From the IMG/VR virus record IMGVR_UViG_3300029509_000119, positions 127,909-169,862 of that record: a stretch of 41,954 bases of DNA. The stretch is one strand, 5' to 3'. The translations under genes and the position numbers were made by a program. This document shows, in pieces, positions 35,297 to 41,954 of this stretch (position 1 is the first letter of the stretch; each line of letters starts with the position of its first letter). The notes beneath the pieces were generated by a model. The model was not told the DNA's origin. It saw nothing but the letters and a program-made list of their open reading frames with translations, and did no database searches. The DNA comes from a virus (lineage: Duplodnaviria > Heunggongvirae > Uroviricota > Caudoviricetes).

Positions 35297-35908
35297 ATGC
35301 TGAACATCGAGAAGACGCTGCAATCCGTCCGCGACCTATTGGACAGGCTGGGCAAGGAAGGCGTGGAGTTCGCTCTAACCGAATCGGAATACTCCGACTG
35401 TGTAGCGGACATTCGCGACCCTAACGAGGTGTACGTGTTCCTCGAATGCTCGATTCGTCCGAACGGCACCTTCGTCTGGCGGGATTACGACAATCATAAA
35501 GGAGTCTGCGACTTCGACGAATTCCGCGTGCGGATAATCACCCTCACAGCAGACGAATACCTCGACAAGGTGAAAGACAAGCGCAAACAGTGGGCAGACC
35601 TGTGCGATGGTACGGATACACCCATGCCGGAGTCGCTGTCCGCAGTCGTATCCGACATGGAAAACAAGGCCAACCGTCTGAAAGCGTTGCTGGAACCCGA
35701 CGACCCGCCCCTGCTGAACAAGCGGGACACCGCAATCCTGAAAGAACTTAAACCGTATGCCGTGGTCAAACCGGAAGAGGAATCACAACGACTACGGGAG
35801 CTGGGCGTGCTGGAACGCAGATACTACATCGACCAAGTGTTCGACGCGCTGACCGACAAGGGCGAGAAGGCGTTGAAATTCGCGGCGCACGTAGAACGGA
35901 CGGCTTAA
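35297..35908 (+). CDS. Hypothetical protein, possible C-terminal winged-helix-like segment
   Basis: AAGGAG RBS; C-terminal RLRELGVLE...LTDKGEKAL. Confidence 0.7.
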   Translation: MLNIEKTLQSVRDLLDRLGKEGVEFALTESEYSDCVADIRDPNEVYVFLECSIRPNGTFVWRDYDNHKGVCDFDEFRVRIITLTADEYLDKVKDKRKQWADLCDGTDTPMPESLSAVVSDMENKANRLKALLEPDDPPLLNKRDTAILKELKPYAVVKPEEESQRLRELGVLERRYYIDQVFDALTDKGEKALKFAAHVERTA

Positions 35909-35965
35909 TGGGAGACGGTATGCGCCGGACTTGACCTGTTAGGCAAGGAATGAAAAGGAACCATC

Positions 35966-36235
35966 ATGAACGCGAACGAAACCTGCGAAGATTCAATCCA
36001 CGGTCCGTACGAGCCGGATGACGTGGCTGACCACTGCGGCGGTTGCGGCATACCGTTGTGTGAGGAGCATGCGAGGAAATGCCCCTGTTGCGGGCGCGTC
36101 AACTGCACGGACTGCGGCGAGATATGTGAGGCATGCTGGCGTCTGGTATGTCGCGAGCACGCCAAGTGGAATCCCGAATACGCGCAATACGAATGCCCCG
36201 CCTGTTACAACCGTTGGGATTGCGGAGAAAGGTAG
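35966..36235 (+). CDS. Cys-rich multi-zinc-finger protein
   Basis: Seven CxxC/CxxH pairs in 89 aa, AAGGAA RBS. Confidence 0.65.
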   Translation: MNANETCEDSIHGPYEPDDVADHCGGCGIPLCEEHARKCPCCGRVNCTDCGEICEACWRLVCREHAKWNPEYAQYECPACYNRWDCGER

Positions 36236-36243
36236 AGAGGACG

Positions 36244-36717
36244 ATGAACCCGAACGAAAACGAGCCGACACCACCGCTCACCGACGAGGAGCGCGAGCAT
36301 AGGCGTGTCCGCTATGCCCAGTATTGGGCGAGCAAACGCGTCGCGGAGGGGGCGGCAGAGCTTGCGGTGCCCGACATTACCGCGTCGGTCGCGCCGGATG
36401 AGATTGTCGTGTATGTGAGCGTGGGGGCGTTGCATCGTAACGGTGTCGTCGATATCGAGGAATGGTGTGACGACGAGACGTGGGAGTGGTTTGCGAGCGA
36501 GGATGGTTGGGTTGAGCGAAACTGCGGCGACCGACTGTCGGATGCTGAGATGGCGGAACGGCTCAACGAGCACCGTCCGTATGACGCGAATTCGGGGTGG
36601 CTTGCGGACGTTGGGCAACTGCAATACCGTGGCACCGCGTTCGACGCGGCGTTGGCGTTGGTACTGAGCCATGTGGGTGCGATGGACGAGGGGTATCATG
36701 TGCGATTCAAGGCTTGA
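36244..36717 (+). CDS. Hypothetical acidic protein
   Basis: MNPNENE start after GAGAGGA. Confidence 0.65.
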   Translation: MNPNENEPTPPLTDEEREHRRVRYAQYWASKRVAEGAAELAVPDITASVAPDEIVVYVSVGALHRNGVVDIEEWCDDETWEWFASEDGWVERNCGDRLSDAEMAERLNEHRPYDANSGWLADVGQLQYRGTAFDAALALVLSHVGAMDEGYHVRFKA

Positions 36718-37063
36718 TTGGTATGCGCGGTTCGGCTGCCTCGACATCAAAGCGGCATTGCTTGAATGTGCGAGAAACGATTCTGAACTGTGCGCGTGGA
36801 GCCATACGGGCGGACGGTTGGAGGCGTCGGTGTGGCACCGCATTCTGGCGGAGGCCACCCCTGAAAGCATTGTCCGCTATGAGCGTCGTACTGCTTGGCT
36901 CGGCGGCGAATTCCCTACGGACGGCATAGGGTTCGAGATAGGTGATGTGACGTTCTTCGTCCCCGAGCTTGTCAGCGTGTACGACATTCTTCCGCCGTCA
37001 CCCAACAAGGGTCGTACGGAGATTTTTATGGATGACCCGCGGCTGGATATCGACAATTACTGA
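36698..37063 (+). CDS. Hypothetical protein
   Basis: ATG after GAGGGG, overlaps the previous gene end. Confidence 0.55.
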   Translation: MCDSRLDWYARFGCLDIKAALLECARNDSELCAWSHTGGRLEASVWHRILAEATPESIVRYERRTAWLGGEFPTDGIGFEIGDVTFFVPELVSVYDILPPSPNKGRTEIFMDDPRLDIDNY

Positions 37064-37075
37064 GGGTGGATATAT

Positions 37076-37594
37076 ATGCGATTCATGGCTTCACCGGCGG
37101 GCGGAAGGATAACGCCACTGCCGTCAAACGAGTTCTACCAAAGCCCGTTCGACGGCAGATGGGTCGATGTGGACGAGGCCGAGGTTTTCCGTCTCATCGA
37201 CATGCAGCGAGAAAGAATTTTCGGAACTCACGGAAAGGCGGTGCCTGTGGATGGCAAATGCGGGAAACTGAAAATGCATGAAACCAAGCTGATTGAATTC
37301 AATCCTACGAAAATCGTTTGCGCGTGCGGCATGGCATTCCCCTCATGGGAAGCGTACGGCACGCATGTGGATGACGCCATCGCCGCACCCGCTGAAACAT
37401 CCACGCAGACGGTATGTGATGTTCTGGCCGACCATTTGGGTGACTTGGACATGGAATTCGGATTCCACGTCTCCTACACCGACAGAGGACGGGTCAGATG
37501 CGACTGCGGCGGCGAATACAACGACCTGCACGCATGGCGCGTCCACGTGGCCGAAACGCTGCTCAAAGCTTTGGGAAAGGATGAATCATGCTGA
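37076..37594 (+). CDS. Protein with two C2H-type zinc-finger-like motifs
   Basis: CACG.....W..Y..HV and CDCG......HAW..HV internal repeat. Confidence 0.65.
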   Translation: MRFMASPAGGRITPLPSNEFYQSPFDGRWVDVDEAEVFRLIDMQRERIFGTHGKAVPVDGKCGKLKMHETKLIEFNPTKIVCACGMAFPSWEAYGTHVDDAIAAPAETSTQTVCDVLADHLGDLDMEFGFHVSYTDRGRVRCDCGGEYNDLHAWRVHVAETLLKALGKDESC

Positions 37595-37660
37595 ACCTCA
37601 AAGCTCATGGACATTGGCTTGCGTCCACACATAAAAGCATCTACAAAAAGGAACCCCCAC

Positions 37661-38116
37661 ATGAATCAGTCAGAGCCTAAATCCGACCTTATGGCATGGT
37701 TGGAGCAACAATGGGACAAGGCCGTCAAAGACTCCGAAACCCCAGACAAGGAACTGTTGGAGAAATACACTTTCTACGACGGCCTCACCACAGCCTACGA
37801 ATTCACCATTGCTCGATTGAAAAACGTTCCCAATCCATTTCTGCCGTCCTGTCTCAACTATGAAGACATCGACGACAGCAGTCAGGACGTCCAGCCGCAG
37901 GTGGGCGACTACGGTTTGGCTATCCGGGAGAACGCTCACGGTCAGGAGGAAATACCGTTCCATATCGAACGGGAGGAGCATACCGGTCTGCCGGTCGCGG
38001 TTTTGAACACTCAACTGTACGCAAAACCGGAGGATGATATAGAAGACGGCCAATATGTGAGCCTGTTCCAGTTGTATCTCGACGGTTTCGAGTTGAGCAG
38101 GACAGGCCGGAAGTGA
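37661..38116 (+). CDS. Hypothetical acidic protein
   Basis: AAGGAA RBS, coupled to the next gene by GTGA. Confidence 0.65.
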   Translation: MNQSEPKSDLMAWLEQQWDKAVKDSETPDKELLEKYTFYDGLTTAYEFTIARLKNVPNPFLPSCLNYEDIDDSSQDVQPQVGDYGLAIRENAHGQEEIPFHIEREEHTGLPVAVLNTQLYAKPEDDIEDGQYVSLFQLYLDGFELSRTGRK

Positions 38117-38493
38117 ACGAAAATGATAGAACCGACGATATCCTACTCTGGACACGACTGGTTTTGAGCCTAGCTCAACTGGTCGTGGCTTTAAGCGTTA
38201 TCGGACTAATCGTCGCACCACCATTGACAAATGGACTCAATCGGTTGAAAACCGAAATCTGGGGACGGTCAATCACCTTAGAGGCCACCGTCACCGACCG
38301 GCAGGGCAATCCTGTTCCCAACGTGACGGTCACGGTCGTCCATGACGATGGCACTCCCTACAAAGATAGTGTCGGCAATCCCGCCAGAAGCGTCACCGAC
38401 AAGAACGGCAGATACAAGATTAAGGCAAACGTCAAGAGAACCTTTCGATTGGAACTGGTTCCACCTCAACAAAACCAAAATCAGAAGGAGTGA
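38113..38493 (+). CDS. Membrane-anchored protein with Ig-like/carboxypeptidase-regulatory-like domain
   Basis: N-terminal TM, then TVTDRQGNPVPNVTVTV...VTDKNGRY. Confidence 0.65.
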   Translation: MNENDRTDDILLWTRLVLSLAQLVVALSVIGLIVAPPLTNGLNRLKTEIWGRSITLEATVTDRQGNPVPNVTVTVVHDDGTPYKDSVGNPARSVTDKNGRYKIKANVKRTFRLELVPPQQNQNQKE

Positions 38494-38500
38494 TAAAAAC

Positions 38501-38935
38501 ATGGTGGATTTCAGCGAGTGGAGTCAAGACCCTTATATTCTTTTTATGGTGTTTCTTGTTGTGATTCTCACGACAACCTTTATCTCAGGAATTTTCTTCC
38601 TATTGAATGATAAGAAAACCATATGTGGACTATTAGAAGCAGTATGTTTCATCAGCGTTATGGCGTTGGCTATGACGATTGGGCTGGACAAGGCTCAGCA
38701 TCCGACCTTCGGTGAAGCATTGGCTACATCCTATGGGTATGAATCCGTGCGATGCGATGGAGACGGTGACGTGACCGACGGAGACACCCCGTGCGTGGCT
38801 TACTCCAATCATGGTCGTAAGAGGCAGGTCATCACCGTGGTAGGCGACTCGGAGAAGAACACCGTCAGAGTGTACGATTCTCAAGGAAATCTGGTCAAGC
38901 CGGTCTTGACGAAAGCCCCGTCCAAGAAGGACTGA
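38501..38935 (+). CDS. Membrane protein (2 TM) with small extracellular domain
   Basis: AAGGAG RBS, two hydrophobic helices. Confidence 0.65.
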   Translation: MVDFSEWSQDPYILFMVFLVVILTTTFISGIFFLLNDKKTICGLLEAVCFISVMALAMTIGLDKAQHPTFGEALATSYGYESVRCDGDGDVTDGDTPCVAYSNHGRKRQVITVVGDSEKNTVRVYDSQGNLVKPVLTKAPSKKD

Positions 38936-38940
38936 ATCAT

Positions 38941-39057
38941 ATGGCAGACCCGAAGTACATGCGAAAAATCCAATCCATGTGCCGTTGTCAAGACTACGGA
39001 CGCATGGTCGAAAACACTGACATTGATGACCCCTATCGTCAGAAAAATGAAAGTTAA
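38941..39057 (+). CDS. Possible 38-aa micro-protein or gene remnant
   Basis: MADPKYMRKIQSMCRC... after AAGGA; too short for the ORF track. Confidence 0.3.
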   Translation: MADPKYMRKIQSMCRCQDYGRMVENTDIDDPYRQKNES

Positions 39058-39117
39058 CGGGGTCATTTTCAACAAAAAGTCAATTTTAGCCCCGTTAACA
39101 GGAGAAAGGAACATAGG

Positions 39118-39342
39118 ATGGCAGTGAACGTCACACAGAAAGACAAAACCTTGCACGACACCATAGATTGGTGCAAGGAACAGATAGCCCGAATCAACAA
39201 GATGATTCCCACCGCTTCGGACGAGAATTTTCTTGTAGGGGAACGGTTCGCCCTGCAAGCCGTCGCCGCTCATTGCGAGGAACAGTTGGGATATTCGGGT
39301 TCCATGCCTTTGGAGGTGCCGAACCAAAGCGAGAAAGAATAA
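39118..39342 (+). CDS. Hypothetical protein
   Basis: 74 aa, AGGAG/AAGGA RBS. Confidence 0.6.
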   Translation: MAVNVTQKDKTLHDTIDWCKEQIARINKMIPTASDENFLVGERFALQAVAAHCEEQLGYSGSMPLEVPNQSEKE

Positions 39343-39349
39343 CCTCGAC

Positions 39350-39796
39350 ATGGACGACAATGAATACATTCGGCAACTCGAACAGGCGGCGGCACTGCCT
39401 GATTGGATTGCACGCAAAAAAGCGTACCTGCGCATCAACCTCCGCCGACTCGACACAATGGTGCAAGAGCGGGCCGCCGTCGTGCTGGCGTCGAAAACGA
39501 ACGTCGCAAACACCAGTCTTGACGGATTGAAGGCCGCAGCCGAAAAACTGGCCGTGGACGCGGCGGAATACGAGGCGGTGAAAAGCCGTCGAGACAGCAC
39601 CGCACGTTCCATACACATTCTGGACAGTGAGGACGAGCGGCGGTACCGCGAGCAAAACAAGGATATCGACGGCACCTGCCAGTGGAACTACAGTGCGTCC
39701 GGCTGCGGCAAGCCGACCGTGGAAGGCACCCGCTGGTGCGCCGACCATATCGACGAATGGACGATGCTGCGCCACAGCACCGGAGACAACGACTAA
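39350..39796 (+). CDS. Coiled-coil protein with C-terminal C-C-C-H zinc knuckle
   Basis: Helical N-terminus, then CQW......CGKP......WCADH. Confidence 0.65.
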   Translation: MDDNEYIRQLEQAAALPDWIARKKAYLRINLRRLDTMVQERAAVVLASKTNVANTSLDGLKAAAEKLAVDAAEYEAVKSRRDSTARSIHILDSEDERRYREQNKDIDGTCQWNYSASGCGKPTVEGTRWCADHIDEWTMLRHSTGDND

Positions 39797-39801
39797 CGAA
39801 A

Positions 39802-40056
39802 ATGGACTATCGAATGATGTGGCGAGCATGCCCGCTACAGCGGGACGGCTGGCGGTTCCAGCTTCTTCTGCAACGGCGGGCAGCTGACGGCGAATGGGAG
39901 ACAGTGGACGAGTCGGTACGCGATTCGCCTACGGGTGCGATGCTGGCGATGGTCGAACCGTTCCTATCCAGCGAACGTCAGATGCGCGTCCGGCATAGCT
40001 TATCGGATGTGCCGGTCGTATACCGACCCACGTTCATGAGCAAATCAATTGCTTGA
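39802..40056 (+). CDS. Hypothetical protein
   Basis: MDYRMMW start 5 nt after the previous stop. Confidence 0.5.
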   Translation: MDYRMMWRACPLQRDGWRFQLLLQRRAADGEWETVDESVRDSPTGAMLAMVEPFLSSERQMRVRHSLSDVPVVYRPTFMSKSIA

Positions 40057-40117
40057 GGTTTATTTTGGGGAGGTCAAGGAAAATCCTCGACTTTTTCGCC
40101 AAGAGAAAGGAGCAGGA

Positions 40118-40276
40118 ATGCAAAACCGACAAGTAGCAGAATGGTATGTCGTCTGCTGGTATTGCAAAAACACCGTCAATGCCGAAAACAGAATCAAATG
40201 CCCCTACTGCGGAGCTTGCCTCTTCCTAACCCCGCAAGACTACAAGGAACTGAAAGAAGAAGGAATCAGACCATGA
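40118..40276 (+). CDS. Zinc-ribbon micro-protein
   Basis: CWYC...CPYCG, AAGGAG RBS. Confidence 0.6.
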   Translation: MQNRQVAEWYVVCWYCKNTVNAENRIKCPYCGACLFLTPQDYKELKEEGIRP

Positions 40277-40555
40277 GCCGGTTGAATCTGGTCGCACGAA
40301 TAGACTCGTCCTTCCCTGACAAGACCGCATACAAGCGGGTCTTGGACACTGGGGGGAATCGTCTGGGAGAACAGCAAAGGCCGTGAGAAATGGCGTTGGG
40401 TTCCCATGATTGTGGAGGAACCTTCCACGAACGGACGTTTCCTTGAAACGGAACCCACACGCAAGCATCGCCGGTACAAGTTGGACTCACGCAATCCGCT
40501 CCGACTGTTCGAGTCGATTCTGTTGTCTGAAAAGGTCAAGGTCATTGACCGATGA
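40273..40555 (+). pseudogene. Frameshifted gene (G6 tract at 40351-40356)
   Basis: MSRLNL...VLDTG continues in the +1 frame as GIVWENSKGREKWRW...KVIDR*; removing one G gives a 93-aa ORF. Confidence 0.55.
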
Positions 40556-40572
40556 CCTGAAAAAACTTTCTC

Positions 40573-40596
40573 TGCTATACTGGAAACATTCACACC
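40573..40596 (+). promoter_or_regulatory. Repeated promoter/operator, copy C
   Basis: TGCTATACTGGAAACATTCACAC. Confidence 0.6.
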
Positions 40597-40619
40597 TACA
40601 AAAGAAGGAAGTGCAACCA

Positions 40620-41174
40620 TTGACCAAAAAATACTCATACGCCTCCACCAAGCCGCTATACGACCACCAGTATCCCGACGAAAAACTCATCTCAATCCAC
40701 GAACGTCCAATCGCCGACCCAACCGGCAAACTCACCGCAATCATCGACTATGAGAAGCCGTTAAGCCGACACGACATCGACAAATACGATTTGTCAGAAT
40801 TCCCATTCTGGCTCGCTCAGGAACATTACCTGCCCCTGTTCAGCGGGGAATGCCCTATGGGACAGGAGACCCTTGAGACAATCAGGGACGAGGTGTCCCG
40901 CGCCATCATCGTACTCGCGGACTATCATCCGCTGGGAGACTCGCCCCATGGCGTTCACGTCGGCGGCATTGTAGGCAAGGACGTGAAGAGACTCGACCTC
41001 TACCGCGTGTACGACACCATCCCCTCATGGGCTTTGGACATGGTGCAGGAGCTTATCACCGGCACCAATCCTGAAGAGTTCACGTCAGCGCATTCGACTA
41101 CGGAAGTGCGCGACATCGCCAAACGATTGCATGAGAACGGTTCAGCCGCCCTTTTCTCAGACAAGGAGCAGTGA
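40620..41174 (+). CDS. Protein with N-terminal DarA-C-like (defence-against-restriction) domain
   Basis: KYSY...KPL....YP.......IIDYEKPLSRHDIDKYDL fits the Y.Y...RP...P...Y..PL......YEL pattern as I recall it. TTG start after AGAAGGAAG. Confidence 0.5.
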   Translation: MTKKYSYASTKPLYDHQYPDEKLISIHERPIADPTGKLTAIIDYEKPLSRHDIDKYDLSEFPFWLAQEHYLPLFSGECPMGQETLETIRDEVSRAIIVLADYHPLGDSPHGVHVGGIVGKDVKRLDLYRVYDTIPSWALDMVQELITGTNPEEFTSAHSTTEVRDIAKRLHENGSAALFSDKEQ

Positions 41175-41175
41175 A

Positions 41176-41451
41176 TTGAAGAAACGAATTCAATCCGAAA
41201 CCAAAGAAACGGTGGACTGGGAGCATAAGCCCATCAACGCACTGGGGGGCTTGAGGGCGATGGCGGTCACGACGGGTGGGACGACCATCGACGGGTTGCT
41301 TGAATACCATGTTGAGGGAACCGTGGACGGCGTCTATGTGGAGAGCCTGAATTTCAGGAATCTGCCCCAATATGTGATTGTTTCCGTCAAGGGCGGTTCC
41401 AACATGCTGTCGAAGACGTTGTTCAAGTCCGTCACCGTCTTCGCTTCCTGA
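41176..41451 (+). CDS. Hypothetical protein
   Basis: TTG start after AAGGAG, small beta-rich protein. Confidence 0.55.
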   Translation: MKKRIQSETKETVDWEHKPINALGGLRAMAVTTGGTTIDGLLEYHVEGTVDGVYVESLNFRNLPQYVIVSVKGGSNMLSKTLFKSVTVFAS

Positions 41452-41460
41452 AGAAAATTC

Positions 41461-41484
41461 TGCTATACTGGGACAGTCCGCACA
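41461..41484 (+). promoter_or_regulatory. Repeated promoter/operator, copy D (divergent)
   Basis: TGCTATACTGGGACAGTCCGCAC. Confidence 0.5.
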
Positions 41485-41507
41485 TTAAGTGAGTTTCAGG
41501 AGGAACC

Positions 41508-41954
41508 ATGGGGAAAAAGGCCACGCCGTCCACGAACGGTCAGACCACACTCAGACAAATCGGCTGGGCAGATGATGAACTGGCTATGATACAAGACCAA
41601 TACTCATCCCTATTGGACTCGATTCAATTTCCCATCTACGTGCCTGTAGCGCACAACACCAACGATTACCAAGTGGTCGTCAACGGGAAAGACTACGGGT
41701 TCGTTCGGGAAACCACCACCGAAAACGGCAAGGAATACCGTGTCATGGCCGACAATGGCGAATACTTCGAACCTATTTCAGGCGTCTTCCACAATTCTCC
41801 GATGGGCGCGGTCTGCGAACTCGCCAGACACCATCACGACATAGGACTGGCCTCCCGTTTGGACGACTACATCATCGCCGTATGCAATGTCCAACAGCTC
41901 GCCGCTGCCCAGTTGAAAGCGAACGTCAAAGACCTTCTAGGAATGGGACGATGA
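41508..41954 (+). CDS. Hypothetical protein
   Basis: 148 aa, AGGAGG RBS, ends at the last base of the window. Confidence 0.7.
   Translation: MGKKATPSTNGQTTLRQIGWADDELAMIQDQYSSLLDSIQFPIYVPVAHNTNDYQVVVNGKDYGFVRETTTENGKEYRVMADNGEYFEPISGVFHNSPMGAVCELARHHHDIGLASRLDDYIIAVCNVQQLAAAQLKANVKDLLGMGR

Noticed and set aside
33321..41954. Classical integron with attC sites
   Set aside because: No tyrosine integrase and no recurring palindromic attC-like elements; most genes abut or overlap.

Overview
A 42-kb segment of a large, high-GC actinobacterial conjugative plasmid. Gene style and content fit a Bifidobacterium megaplasmid such as the pMP7017 type; this is an inference, not a database match. From left to right it contains: (1) the 3' part of a glucosaminidase-CHAP peptidoglycan hydrolase; (2) two membrane-protein genes; (3) an operon of three FtsK/SpoIIIE-like P-loop ATPase genes plus an 868-aa membrane protein whose coding DNA is built from polar 8-bp repeats; (4) a BrnT-like toxin/RHH antitoxin pair; (5) a phage-like recombination module (gp2.5/DUF2815-like SSB divergent from an XRE gene and a RecE-like exonuclease); (6) an iteron replicon (RepA, six 21-bp iterons, AT-rich region); (7) a tandem RusA-like nuclease; (8) two giant sortase-anchored adhesins; and (9) a 9-kb co-oriented array of small hypothetical genes driven by a repeated promoter/operator motif. 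The most interesting signals are the 8-mer-periodic DNA beside the triple-FtsK operon (candidate clt/KOPS-like loading locus for dsDNA transfer), the RusA pseudo-dimer with split catalytic motifs, the shared promoter motif with a DnaA-box-like site, and adjacent genes with duplicated 5' ends. I found no rRNA, tRNA or CRISPR array.
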